From Eledone cirrhosa (Eukaryota), in contig OZ024744.1 of NCBI GenBank assembly GCA_964016885.1, forward strand, positions 31,000,001 to 31,064,000: 64,000 nucleotides of DNA, in the 5' to 3' direction. A program made the translations under genes and the position numbers. Below are positions 42,795 through 56,736 of the stretch, one piece after another; within the stretch, counting starts at the first letter, position 1, and every line of letters begins with the position of its first letter. The notes beneath the pieces were generated by a model. That model saw nothing but the letters and a program-made list of their open reading frames with translations, ran no database searches and was not told the DNA's origin.

Positions 42795-42859
42795 GTATGT
42801 ATGTATGTATGTATGTATGTATGTATGTATGTATGTATGTATGTATGTATGTATGCATG

Positions 42860-43198
42860 CATATGCTGCAAAAACAAAAGTATTTACATCAATCATAAGA
42901 GACCTCTTGTATGCAGATGATTGCGATCTTATAGAGCACACTGAGAGTGATATGCAGCACATTTTGAATGCATTTTCTGATGCTTGCACTGCCCTAGGAT
43001 TGACTGTCAGTCTCAAGAAAACCGTCGTCATGTACCAACCTGCCCCTGGTAAGCAGTACACTGAACCAAACATCTATGTGTATGGCAAACGACTTGGAGC
43101 GGTTGATCAGTTTGTCTACCTGGGAAGCACTGTCGATCGATACAGCAACCTTGACAGTGAAATCCCACTCAGGATTAGGAAAGCTAGAATGGCGACTC
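42860..43198 (+). mobile_element. RTE reverse transcriptase fragment
   Basis: [41 protein letters not shown]. Confidence 0.9.
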
Positions 43199-45624
43199 TA
43201 TATATGTATATCATTGTTGTTGTTGTTGTTGTTGTCGTTAATATTATTGTTATTATTATTATTATTATTGTTATTATTATTGTTATTATTATGGGTATTT
43301 TTTCCTCGTGCAATGACCATACTCGATAACGAAAGGCCAGCCATCATCAAGTATGTATGTAAGTACAAATTACACACTCCTACGCAAGCAAACTTCATGG
43401 GGTTGCCGGTTTAATCGCCGACGACCCTACCATGAGACAGGTTGTATTGGGTTACATGCAGTTATTAGATGTAGAATTTTTGGAATGTTTTACATATGTA
43501 TGTATGCATGTATGTATGTATGTATGTATGTATGTATGTATGTATGTATGTATGTATGTATGTATGTATGTATGTATGTATGTATGTATGTATGCATGTG
43601 TGTGTGTATGCATGCATGCATGCATGTATGTATGTATGTATGTATGTATGTATGTATGTATGTATGTATGTATGCATGTGTGTGTGTATGCATGCATGCA
43701 TGGATGTATGTATGTATGTACAAATAACACACTCCTCTGCAAGCAAGCTTCATGGGGTTGCCGGTTTAATCGCTGACGACCCGACCATGAGACAGGTTGT
43801 ATTGGGTTACATGTTACTAGAGAGCGACCTGCGGCTTCGGTAGCATCGGATGATTTTGATCAGCTCTCCGTTTCGGGCATTGTTTTCGATGCTCAGAGAG
43901 TGGGATGGTCGAGTGGAAGGCCTTTCCCCACTTAAAAAAACCTTGAAAGCTCAGTCATTGGTTGTTGAAGATATTTTACGGGTTCGTGTGGCTGGCCGTA
44001 GCCTAAAAGTGCATCAAACTCTATAAACCTGATAAGCGATTGCAGTACTCTTATCAGAGTTTGCGGCCATCATGTATGTAAGTATATATGTATATATATG
44101 TATATATGTATGTGTATGTAGGTATATATGTGTATTTATGTATGCATGTATATATGTATGAACATATATATGTATATATATATATATATGCATATATGTA
44201 TGTATGTATGAATGTATGTATGTATGCATGTAGATAACACGATGAATATTACAGCAGCGTTTTCGATTTTTATGCAACTAGGATTTCTTTCAACACGCTG
44301 ACACCTATGTGTATATGTGCGTGTGTGTGTGTATGTACATATGTATATATTTATATTTATGACTATATAAATATAAACACGCAAACACAGACACACTTAC
44401 AACAATACATACTCACATACATACATTCACACAAATACACATATACATTCATACAAACACACACATACATTTACACAAACACACACATATACTCACACAC
44501 AACGTAGTAAATGGAACGCCAACTGCTGTGTTGCGATAGCTTTTTCACCATCACCTTCATTCCTTTTACGCACACACACACAGATACATCGTGTGACGGG
44601 CGGAAGTCGCTCAAATTTAACTATAAATATATCATTAACAAAAGATAAGCAAATACTAGCAAATGACTTGTCCGGCCATTTCCCTTTTGCACTGGTCGCT
44701 GACGAGGCCTCAGGCGTCAACGGACACCAGACAGCTGACATCCTCAGTAAAATCGGATTGATATCAGCCTGTCTGAGGAAGGAGTTCCCCGTGGTGGGTG
44801 GTTGTTGCAGCAGGTGTCGCTGGTCATTCTCCGCGGTAATGTCTTTGTCATTTTGTCCACGTGACGCAGCTGAACACCACTCCAGCTTAGGTGTAGAGTC
44901 TGTCACCTTCTCCTCTCCCCCTCCTTTCTTTTGTTGCTTAAAAATCCTTGCCATTTGCCCCTTTTCCTTTTATTTAAGCACTCAACGTTATGTGTTTTCT
45001 TTTTCTATCACCCATTTTATCTTCCATGGATTGGCAGTAATCGGTAGAACGTCGGACAACATGCTTCGCATCATATAGTTACGTCCCTTTACGTTCTGAG
45101 TTAAAATCCCATCGACGATAGCTTTTTGCCTTTTATCCTTACGGGGTCGATAAAATAAAGCACCAGTAGCGCATTGGGGTCGATTTAATCATATTTACCT
45201 CTTCCTCAAAGTTGTTGGCCACGAGCCTGATTGACAGTATCGGTAGAACGTCGGACATCATGCTTCGCAGTATATAGTTGCGGCCCTTTACGTTCTAAGT
45301 TAAAATCCTGCCGAGGTTAGCTTTGCCTTTCATCATTATGGGGTCTTATGAAATAAAGTACTAGTCACGCACTGGGGTCGATTTAATCAACTTTCTCCTC
45401 GCTCTAAATTGTTGGCCTTGTGCCTAAATCAGAAATAATTATTCCGTTTAATGATTTAGTCTTTTATCAACTACTAATTACTAATTAACTTGTGTAATTA
45501 CTAATTAACTTGTAGTTAATATATTTAGAGAAATGATGGTGTTTGTTTGAGAAAGAAAATACAGCCATAAGCATGTTACTATGTCAAACATGTGTAAAAC
45601 ATTCTCACTTCTCTCTCCTTTCTT

Positions 45625-46790
45625 TTCTTATACATGTGTGTGTGAGTGTCTGTGTGTGTGTGTGTGTGTCCGTGTTTCTCATACATACATGTGTGTGTAT
45701 GTTTGTGTATGTTCGTGTCCGTATTTGTGTTTGTGTATATGTGTGTATGTGTGTGTATGTTCGTGTTTCTCATACATATATGTGTGTGTGTGTGTGTGTG
45801 TATGTTCGTGTTTCTCATACATATATCTGTGTGTGTGTATGTTTGTGTATGTTCGTGTGTGTATGTTTGTGTTTGTGTATGTGGGTGTATGTGTGTGAAT
45901 GTTTGTGTATGATCATGTGTGTATGTGCGTATGTGTGTATGTGCGTGTATGTGTGTGTATGTTTGTGTTTGTGTGTGTTTGTTTGTGTATGTTCGTGTGT
46001 ATATTTGTGTTTGTGTATGTGTGCGTATATTTTTGTATGTTCGTGTGTGTGTGTTTGTGTTTGTGTATGTGTGTGTATGTGTGTGAATGTTTGTGTATGT
46101 TCGTGTGAGTATTTGTGCTTGTGTGTGTATGTGTGCGTATGTTTGTGCATGTTCGTGTGTGTATTTGTGCTTGTGTGTGTGTATATTTGTGTGTATCTAA
46201 GTGAAAGGGTGTGGCTTTTTGCTAAGGTCTTGAGTTCGATCCCCGGCGGCGCGTTGTGTCCTTAAGCAAGACATTTTATTTCACGTTGCTCCAGCTCACT
46301 CACCTGGCAAAAATGAGTTGTACCTGTAATTTGAATGGCCAGCCTTGTCACATTCTGTGTCACGACGATTCTCCCTGAGAACTATGTTAAGGGTACACGT
46401 GTTTGTGGAATGCTCAGACACTTACACGTTAATTCCATAGGCAGTCTATTTCGTTGATCGTATCAATTGGAACATTCGTCGTCGTAACCGACGGAGTGCC
46501 TTCCATTCCATGTGTGTGTATATGTGCGTGTATGTGTGTGCTTATGTATATGTATATGTTTGCGCGTGTGTTTGTACGTTTTTTGTAGGTGTGTTTGTAT
46601 GTGTGTGTGTGTGTGTGTATGTTTGTGTATGTTTCTATATGTGTGCGTATATGTGTGTATCTATGTGTGAGTATGTTTTTGTGTATATGTACATATGTGT
46701 ATGTATGTATGTATGTGTGTGAGTGTACATATGCATGTGTACATATATGTGTGTGTATGTTTATGTGTGTTCTTGTGTACAGATGTGTGC
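45625..46790. repeat. Degenerate (TG)-rich low-complexity tract interrupted by a SINE
   Basis: TGTGTATGTT(C/T)G variants. Confidence 0.85.
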
Positions 46791-47511
46791 GTGTATGTTG
46801 GTTACTATGCTAGAGGTATTAGTAGGACGGGACAGCCTGCAAGTGACTGAACATTCCATTGACACGTGTACCTCTAACGTATTTCTCGAGGAGCTTTAAC
46901 CTGACGCAAATGACCCCGTTGAATTACTGGTACGACTCATTTTTGCCAACCGGAGCAACTTGCTGAAGGTCACAACAGACTCATCAATGGAAACAGAACT
47001 TACGTCCTTACGATCGTGGGCCAAACAGCCTTTCCACGTGCTTTCATAATGTACACCCCACAAACATAAAAACACATACACGTGCAAGCACGCGCGAGCA
47101 CACACACATATACACGTGCACACATATGACTAACGTGGTAAAGAAATTTGATGCCAAATACCACAGTAAAGGGTAAAGAACCCTTCGGTCACGAATAACC
47201 ACATGATTGCTCCTACAAAGTTCCCCTCCGAACCCAAGTCCGGGCAAGGTGGCTTTGCGGAAGACCAGCAGTTGCCCATGTATGTCAGACTCCCCTTACC
47301 ACGCCACCTTTGTCCAAGACTAGTGATGTCAAAACATTATATATACACTGTATTTATATATATATATATGGCAGCGATAATAAGGGACAGAGACCGCTGG
47401 AGAGAACTCGTCCATGGATCTCGGGAATTTTAGCCGCCCTAGATAGAGAGATATATATAAAATAAAATAAAATAAATAAGTCAAATGTTTAAAATTTGGC
47501 TTCGTTTTTTG

Positions 47512-47564
47512 CTGCTATATATATTTCAGTGACAGCCATCTTTGGCTGTGACCTCTTCAGGTAG
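47512..47564 (-). ncRNA. Hammerhead-like motif
   Basis: CTAC-CTGAAGA-GGTCACAGCCA-AAGA-TGGCTGTCACT-GAAA-TATATA-TA-GCAG. Confidence 0.55.
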
Positions 47565-47741
47565 TCCGAATTAGTGTGGTATAGACAAGTACATATGTCA
47601 ATACTCTGATATTCCCAGTTCCTGGTTGGGTTGTTATTTCACTGAGGAACTGGAACATATACTAAAAAATATATATATGTATATATATATATATATACTA
47701 CACTATATATGGTCCAAGACCAGTGACGTCAAAACATGTAT

Positions 47742-47837
<96 letters not shown>

Positions 47838-48054
47838 TGTGATGTTGTCCAAGGGAAAGAAAGTCAATGGCTGATAGAGCTTGGCACGAGTGACCCCACA
47901 ACATTAATATACACTAAGGTTAACTTTGCCTTACATCCTTATGGAGGTCGATAACATAAAGTACCAGTAATGCACTGGGTATTTGTTGGCCTTGTGCCAA
48001 ATATAGAAACAATTAATATACACTATATATATACACTATACATATACACTATAT

Positions 48055-48780
48055 CTTGGTTGTCCATCGTAAACGATGATGACATCTTCTTCAATGTTGT
48101 TCCCGTCTGCCGTGGGCACGAAGGTGGCTGTGGAGGCCGATCCTTGACTTGCAGGTCCGGGGACAGTGGGGGCAGGGGAAGAGACTGGAGTCAGACTGGC
48201 AACTCCCATAGGTTACCTCCGCCTCTCGCCCATCGCCGCAGGGCTTTGGGAGTGCACGCTAAAGAAGAAACCTGTGCGGGAAAGGTTTATAGTGGGAGGG
48301 CCAGTGCACAGTGACGGTCCCACTCACTCGGCCGCAGAAGCCAGAATCCGGTGGTACGGAGGACCGTCACGACCAGGGACTTCCTTGGCTGCAGTGGATG
48401 GCCACGACGTCTGTAGTGCCTTGCTGTGCCCTAGCACTCCACCCCGCTTGCTGTCGCCGCCTTCGTGATCGTTGGGACGACGTTGTCCTCCTCCACCCAT
48501 TCTGCCGGGTCCAGTCTTCGCATACAGGGGCAGGCACCCCCTATCTAACTCACCGGGGGGGGGGGGGGGGTTCAGACCCGTCCGGCTACCCTCAACCTGG
48601 TTCGGCCCGCCAGCCAAGGCGATTTACCGGAGTGTGGCCGCTGTCGCATGCTACAGCTTCTTGGGGCCACAGGTGAGAGCTGAGTGTAAGGTGGGACCCA
48701 ATGCAGGACGAGCTGTCCTGAAAAGGGCATGGCTAGCCCCACCCCCTACAGAGGTACATGCCCCTCCCTGACACCCCAGG
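48055..48780 (-). mobile_element. GC-rich non-coding retroposon, probably RTE-derived (5'UTR + 3' tail)
   Basis: GC-rich island in AT tracts; CAGCTCTCACCTGTGGC..GCGGCCACAC..AACCAGGTTGAGGGTAGCCG resembles RTE 5'UTRs; 3' stem-loop CATCGT-TT-ACGATG. Confidence 0.55.
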
Positions 48781-49404
48781 TATATACACACGCATATACA
48801 TACACATACATATGTACATGTGTATATACATATTTACACATTTTTGGATAGCCCTTGACTCTTATGAGTTCTTCCGCCCTTTGTCAGGTTTTGTTTTCTG
48901 TCCTTCAGGGTGTCGAAAATCCCCCTCCTTACCAAGTTAACCTGGTGGGGTTACCAGTTAAGTCACCGACGACCCGATTATGCGACAGGTTGTACTGGTT
49001 TAAATGTTACCAGTAGCACTCAAGAGTCACCTGACACAAATACACTATATATACAGTATATATATATATATACACTAAACATATACACTATATATACACT
49101 ATATACGATGTTGTCCCAGAGAAAGGCATTGGCTGATACAGCTTGGCACCAGTGACGTCACTACTCATTTCTACAGCTGAGTGAACTGGAGCAACGTGAA
49201 ATAAAGTGTCTTGCTCAAGGACACAACACATCACCCGGTCTGAGAATCGAACTCACAACCTTACGATTGTAAGCCCAATGCTCTGACCACGATGTCTTAA
49301 AGTTAATATTGGAGACATAAAATCAAACCTATTTCCATAACAACACCATATTTAAAATAAAAAAAATGTAGGGACATGACCTCTAAAGACCCTCCTAGAT
49401 CCAT

Positions 49405-50525
49405 AACACTACCACCACCACCACCACCACCACCACCGCAGGCCGCCACTGCCGCCGCCGCCACCACCACCACCACCACCACCGCAGACCGCCATCGCTA
49501 CCACCAACACCACCATCACTACCACCACCACCACCGCAGGCTGCTACTGCCGCCGCCGCCGCCATCACTACCACCACCACCACCGCAGGCCGCTACTGCC
49601 GCAGCCGCCAACACCACCATCACTACCACCACCACCACCGCAGGCCGCTACTGCCGCCGCCGCCACCACCACCATCACTACCACCACCATCACTACCACC
49701 ACCACCACCGCAGGCCGCTACTGCCGCCGCCGCCACCACCACCATCACTACCACCACCACCACCGCAGGCCGCTACTGCCGCCGCCGCCACCACCACCAT
49801 CACTACCACCACCACCACCGCAGGCCGCTACTGCCGCCGCCGCCACCACCACCATCACTACCACCACCACCGCAGGCCGCTACTGCCGCTGCCGCCAACA
49901 CCACCATCACTACCACCACCACCACCGCAGGCCGCTACTGCCGCCGCCGCCACCACCACCACCTCCATCACTACCACCACCACCACCGCAGGCCGCTACT
50001 GCCGCAGCCGCCAACACCACCACCACCACCGCAGGCCGCTACTGCCGCCGCCGCCACCACCACCATCACTACCACCACCACCACCGCAGGCCGCTACTGC
50101 CGCCGCCGCCACCACCACCATCACTACCACCACCACCACCGCAGGCCGCTACTGCCGCCGCCGCCACCACCACCATCACTACCACCACCACCACCGCAGG
50201 CCGCTACTGCCGCCGCCGCCACCACCACCATCACTACCACCACCACCGCAGGCCGCTACTGCCGCTGCCGCCAACACCACCATCACTACCACCACCACCA
50301 CCGCAGGCCGCTACTGCCGCCGCCGCCACCACCACCACCTCCATCACTACCACCACCACCACCGCAGGCCGCTACTGCCGCAGCCGCCAACACCACCACC
50401 ACCACCGCAGGCCGCTACTGCCGCCGCCGCCACCACCACCATCACTACCACCACCACCGCAGGCCGCCACTGCCGCCGCCGCCACCACCACCACCTCCAT
50501 CACTACCACTACGACGACGACGACG
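49405..50525. repeat. ~55-bp GC-rich minisatellite built of CCA/CCG triplets
   Basis: Unit CCGCAGGCCGCTACTGCCGCCGCCGCCACCACCACCATCACTACCACCACCACCA, ~19 variable copies. Confidence 0.9.
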
Positions 50526-50622
50526 AAAGACAGACACATGTTACTGTGGGGAAATGACCAGACAGTACTGAATGTTGTTCGGGGTTGTCCCCTTAGACGG
50601 CCTGGAGACAATCCCTAATAAT

Positions 50623-50813
50623 TGTTTCTACTTTTGGCACAAGGCCAGCAAATACCCAGTGCATTACTGGTACTTTATTTTATCGACCCCGTAGGGATGA
50701 AAGGCAAAGTTAACCTCCGCAGGATTTGAACTCAGACCATAAAGGACCGTAACTCTATGCTGGAAAGCATGGCGTCCGACCCTCTACCGATACTGCCAAT
50801 CCACCACCCTTAG
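50623..50813 (-). mobile_element. Full-length SINE family 1 copy with 14-bp TSD
   Basis: CAATCCCTAATAAT at 50609-50622 and 50814-50827. Confidence 0.9.
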
Positions 50814-51714
50814 CAATCCCTAATAATGACTCTTTGGTCTGGCCCGCCAGTCTCGATCTGCCCCTCTTACTATTGTGCATACGTCAAACGACAAGAAGAA
50901 TATGTTAGTTGAATTCGGTTACTTGTCATATTTCAATAGGCAGATAACAGGGTGGCACAGCTTCCCTGTAATCTTATAACCTGGGTAGAAATATAGCCTG
51001 TTCGGAATCAATTGTTTTCAAGTATTTTATTTTTGAGTGCAATGTTGACATCCGCTGGGCAGTTGACCTCCACAACGAGGCATGTTGTGTTTACATCACC
51101 GCTTTCGATACTAACTCACATAAAACGGATCCCTGGCAGTATAGTACAAATCTGCCCCCATTTTAAAGTGTTTTTGATTATATCAAAACCTTCCATTATA
51201 TATATATATTTTTGTAGAACGTTTTGTTGTTTCAAATATCGGCTCAACAATGTAAACATGTTATTTCATCAAATACTTTGAAATACTTGATTATTAAAAA
51301 AAAACATTACTTGAAACATAATCATTGCCATCATCTTCTGCACCGTTGTTGTCAACAAGTATTGTATAGTTGAGTTGTCTTATCTTGGGTTGTATATATC
51401 ATATATAACCTTCAAAGTGTGATAAGAAGAAAGAGACATGAGCTGAAAGGAATCAACAGTTCTTGTTGACGTTGGTATCGTTCATAAGAATCTGGTAAAT
51501 ATAGCAATGAATAAACGTTTTCTAATACACAGATAGTTTCTCTCCATTGTATGCAGCAAACTGGGAAAGTCGTAAGAGAAGTCGGAAAAAAATGATGTTT
51601 TGAGTTCAAGTAGAGACCTCTGTCACCAAAAATGGCATAGCAGCCAGCTTTTGCCACCAACAGATAGTATCACCAATAGAAAGGCTAACTGAAATATAAT
51701 TTTCTGGGTCCAGA

Positions 51715-51808
<94 letters not shown>

Positions 51809-51868
51809 ATTATAATATTTATATTTCATTTTAATAAATGAATGAATGTTTCAACAGTATGGCAGTTT

Positions 51869-51906
51869 AGTTCTTTCGTCACATATTCTGTGACCTTTTC
51901 AGTGAC
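51869..51906 (-). ncRNA. Decayed family A hammerhead fragment
   Basis: GTCA-CTGAAAA-GGTCACA-GAATA-TGTGAC-GAAA-GAAC; G8 mutated, stem I 3' lost. Confidence 0.45.
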
Positions 51907-51963
51907 TACACTTTTTTGTTATTTTGAGTCGTTCCTTACGTCATCCAGACTGGGAAATTATAA

Positions 51964-52055
<92 letters not shown>

Positions 52056-53414
52056 CTAAGTCTATGTATATATAACATATAAATACACACACACAGTTAC
52101 ACACATACACTTACACACACATACACACACACACATATATATATACATATATTTATATATTGTAGTACAAACTTGGTATAACTATCCAACGGTTTAAAGC
52201 ACTCAGTCCAGGATGAGTTAAGTTACTGATTATACACACATAAGTTATTATGTGTGTAACTAGTAGGTACTAGTGGCGACACTAGTCGAAACACTCAATG
52301 TTGTTACTATGTCTATCTCTCGTTAGGTTGTGTTCAGGTTTAAGATAGCTGTATTTGTAGAGTGTATATAAAGTGACAATAAGAATTGCAGCTTTTTGGA
52401 AACTTTATTTTATATTACACTTTATATATATATATATAACAAAGAGGGTGTGGTAAGATACCAGGTGGACCATAACACACCAGATTACTCAATACTTAGG
52501 GTAGTAGAGTGGATAATAGGAAAAGAGTCAGGCGTCCTGACACTTTTCCAAGATAATTCCTTGATACAGAAAGATACATTTGAAAAAAAGGGGAAGAGTG
52601 ATATACATATTAGCAGTGGTTACGATCAACAGACAGTATCAGCAATGGAGAAACCAATGATAACATAGTTCCCTTGGTCCAACTTGGAAACCCAGGCTTT
52701 TTTTCTTTCCTCACTAGGGGTTTGATGAAGAGAGCAGTTCTTGTGTCGCGCCACAGAACATCACCAGGAAGTGACTAGTTTACTCGCGACTCGTAAACTG
52801 CTACCCTCTTCCATTTTGAGAATTTGGTTGAGGCATTTGTTTTTGCAGCTGTTGTTTAACAGATGTTGTCTGAGTGATACCATATGACAGTAAAAAGTTG
52901 TTTCAACTCATCTAAACATTCTGCCACCCCACCCACCCATCTTTATTTTTTAAAATCATTATATCTATGGAAACTTCAATTTTAATATCAATGGAGCGGA
53001 TTTCTTCTTTCAGAAATCAGTCTGAAAAAACCCCACAAAAAACAAACAAACAAACATTATCTGTGACGTTTGAATCGTTGCGTGATGATGATGATTATGA
53101 TTATTATGATGATAATGATGTTGGTGGCAGTAGTAGTGGCAGTGGTCGTGGTAGGTGTGGTAGTGTAGTAGTGGTGTTGGGGTAGGTGTGGTAATGTAGG
53201 TGGTGGTATTGGTGGTGGTGGTGATAGTGGTAGTGGTGTTGATGATGATGAGGATGTTGATAGTGGTGGTGGTGGTGGTGGTGATGTTGGTGTTGGTAGT
53301 GGTGATAGCGGTGATGATATTAGCAAGGGTTATGATGTGAGTGGTGGTAGTGGTGATGGTGAAGATTGATGATGATGATGATGATGGTGAAAAATGAAGA
53401 TGATGGTGATGATA

Positions 53415-53468
<54 letters not shown>

Positions 53469-53786
53469 GTGACGATATTGATAATGATGGAGGTGATGAT
53501 AAACACTGGTTATGGTTGTAATGGTATTAATGATGTTGTAGTAGTTGTTGTAGTTGTCTAGCCGTCGCAAGTCAGCCATGTCCGGGCAGACATATGTTCA
53601 AAGATGTTTCATCGTTTTTTCTTTTCTTTCAGATAGTGCATCTAAGAATAAAAAAAAAGTCTAAAGTTAGTCTCGAATCCGGAGACTCATGGCAGGTGCT
53701 TATCCCAGTTTCCGGGGTGTGAAGCCATTTAAAATATGATTCTCAATGATCAAATACTTTTGAAAATAATCGAGAATAGGTACCAT

Positions 53787-54087
53787 TTCTTCTTCTTCTT
53801 CTTCTTCTTCTTCTTCTTCTTCTTCTTCTTCTTCTTCTTCTTCTTCTTCTTCTTCTTCTTCTTCTTCTTCTTCTTCTTCTTCTTCTTCTTCTTCTTCTTC
53901 TTCTTCTTCTTCTTCTTCTTCTTCTTCTTCTTCTTCTTCTTCGTCCACTTATTCCTGAGAGGGTCATGGGGACAGAGCCCTTAAACACTCCTTCTAGTGG
54001 GTCCTGTCAGAAGCAACTGTCTCCAACTGATCCGGCTGGATACCCAAGCGTGACTAGCCAAGCTCATGGATGTTATTCAACCATCTT
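53787..54087 (-). mobile_element. LINE (RTE-like) 3' fragment with long (GAA)n tail; same family at 63835-64000
   Basis: Minus strand RWLNNIHEL..VASDRTH*KECL followed by ~50 GAA; both copies share CTGAGAGGGTC.TGGG..CAGAGCCCT.AAACACTCC. Confidence 0.65.
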
Positions 54088-54159
54088 ACTCAGAGTCTAA
54101 CCGTGGGTCTCTTGCCGCTTGGTTTTGTCTGTAAAATCTGTCCAGCGATTCTTTACTGA

Positions 54160-54805
54160 AACATTCTAACCACATGTCCATAGTATCAGAGCTGTGATCT
54201 CTATATTCGGAGAAGTAGCAGCTCAACCTGAAGTGACTCGCCGATCTCCTGAGACATTCTAACCACATGTCCATAGTATCAGAGCTGTGATCTCTATATC
54301 CGGAGAAGTAGAGGCTCTACCTGGAGTGACTATCGGATCTCTTGAGACATTCTAACCACATGTCCATAGTATCAGAGCTGTGATCTCTCAATTCGGAGAA
54401 GTAGCAGCTCTACCTGGAGTGACTCTCTGATCTCCTGAGACATTCTAACCACATGTCCATAGTATCGGAGCTGTGATCTCTCAATTCGGAGAAGTAGCAG
54501 CTCAATCTGGAGTGACTCTCTGATCTCCTGAGACATTCTAACCACATGTCCATAGTATCAGAGCTGTGATCTCTATATCCGGAGAAGTAGTAGCTCTACC
54601 TGAAGTGACTCGCCGATCTCCTGAGACATTCTAACCACATGTCCATAGTATCAGAACTGTGATCTCTATATCCGGAGAAGTAGAGGCTCTACCTGGAGTA
54701 ACTCTCTGATCTCCTGAGACATTCTAACCACATGTCCATAGTATCAGAGCTGTGATCTCTATATCCGGAGAAGTAATGGCTCTACATGGAGCAACTCTCT
54801 CATCT
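54160..54805. repeat. 92-93-bp minisatellite, 7 copies
   Basis: Unit ACATTCTAACCACATGTCCATAGTATCAGAGCTGTGATCTCT..CGGAGAAGTAG..CTC.ACCTGGAGTGACT..GATCTCCTGAG. Confidence 0.95.
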
Positions 54806-54962
54806 CTGCGCTACCTACTTTATCGAGTAACGTTACTCCAAACGAAAACTGGTGGTATTTAATAACAAATAAAAATAACTTTCTCATTACAAAGTCGGTA
54901 TTTGGAGCATCAAGTATATAATATTAAGATCGAAGGGTTTTAGATAAATACAGCAACTTCAA

Positions 54963-55383
54963 CCCCTTCGTTACGTTATTTCTAATGGAATACCCGATGT
55001 ATTTGGAGGGATTTGATAAAATAATTATGTTTCTGGCAGTATCGGTAGAGCGTCGGTCAATATGCTTTACGGCATTAAGTTACTTCACTTTACATTCTGA
55101 GTTCAAATCCCACCGGGGTTAGCTTTACCTTTCATCCTTACGGGATTGATAAAAACAAAGCAGCAGTAATGCACAGGGGTCGATTTAATCGACTTTACTC
55201 TTCCTCCAAAATTATTGACTTTGTGCCTATAGTAGAAATCATTATTAAACTGGTGTTCGGAACATAACTTAACACAGCTTATTAAACAAAATTCCCACGA
55301 AAGATTTTTAGATAAATACAAAGCCATTAAAATAAGCTAATTTAGAACCAGTGTCGGTTTCAGGCTGTTTGATGTCAAAAGGG
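54963..55383. mobile_element. Possible piggyBac-type MITE with a nested SINE
   Basis: TCAA|CCCCTTCG ... CAAAAGGG|TTAA ends; TIR imperfect. Confidence 0.35.
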
Positions 55384-56736
55384 TTAATGAAAAAAAAGTT
55401 TGACCTGTCTGGAATAGAAATAACACAGAAGATAAAGAACTGTAACTAAATACTGCAATGCATTAAATTCGATCCTCTAACGACGTGATCTGCACATCTC
55501 ATCGATCCTAGATATCTACAAAAATAAATCAATAAATCAATAAACATACTATATGGGCAATAAAGACAAATTATACAAAAATTAGAAATCGGTATATAGA
55601 ATTTGTATTGTAATATTTTATATATTTTATATATTTTCATTTCTTATACAAATGTTAGGTTTTGGCACAAAACTTCAATCGACTCCCTGTGTAGATCAAT
55701 CAACACCTGGAAAACCACATCAAACATTTTGGAGACCCTTGAAATAGAAGATCCTTTGCAAGTATATAATGAAAAAATTCTAAGCCCAGAAATCCTTAAA
55801 GTGAGGTGTTTTGTACAAAGTTGGTTTGAAGACAGAAATACATACATAGAATTAGAAAATGAACTTATGTGAAAAATAAGAGGGTTGAAATATGAGGGTG
55901 TATATTACAGAAGATAAGATGTGAGAGAACAAGCTGAAGAAATTTAATCGATCATATAGGTAATTCCATCGATCCCTAACGAAACGATTCTGCTACCAAA
56001 GTTCATTGACTATTATCCAGATGACGACGTCGACGAAGTTTTTGTGTTGTTCTTGATGTTGTTGGCCGGAACTAAAATACTATTCTGGAATCCAATCTGA
56101 AGTCAAGTGGAATTTCTACAAGGGGCGAAATTTTTTCTCTTTTTTCTCCTACCAGTTATCTTACCCCCCCCCCCTCTCTCTCTCTCTATATATATATATT
56201 AATTCTTCAGCGAGAATATATGAATGTATAGCAAATAGTACTTGAAGAGTGAAGTGGATACAGGATGGAACCCCACCAAGGGAGTTTAAGTGTCTTCATA
56301 GTCCGTGCATACTATATTCATCACATTCATTGATGAATTTAAGGTGGTTCATTCTAGGGAGCCAATCTCTACTGGAAGGAGTTTAATACGATATTCCATT
56401 GTTGAGTTAGTGGAGGCATGCCAGAGGGTATACCGAGCTTTCAACTAGGAATGTAGAAATATGACAATATATGTGTGTACGGATGTATGTGTGTATGTGT
56501 GTGTAAATATATATACTGAAATATATGCATAAGCATATATACACACTCACGCATATATATATATATATATATATTTATATGTATGTGTATATATGTGTGT
56601 GTGTGTGAGTGTGAGTGTGTGTGTGCGCGTGTGTGTGTATGTATCCCCGAGTGGTGTTCGCGGAAACAAGTGTGTATCTGGGTATTGATATCCACTTTCA
56701 CACATCTACGTAAACATCTATCTATCTATCTATCTA

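Noticed and set aside
44690-44790. CTGACGA and CTGAGGA boxes as hammerhead cores
   Set aside because: No GAAA closing a stem II at the proper position.
49376-50557. 393-aa Pro/His/Thr ORF
   Set aside because: The 55-bp unit cycles through all three frames, which is the signature of a non-coding minisatellite.
52161-52419. Solo LTR (TGTAGTA...TATTACA)
   Set aside because: Ends fit TG..CA, but there is no TSD, no second copy and no PBS/PPT; unsupported.
55603-55872. 89-aa ORF as host exon
   Set aside because: No recognisable motif and no partner exons; insufficient evidence.
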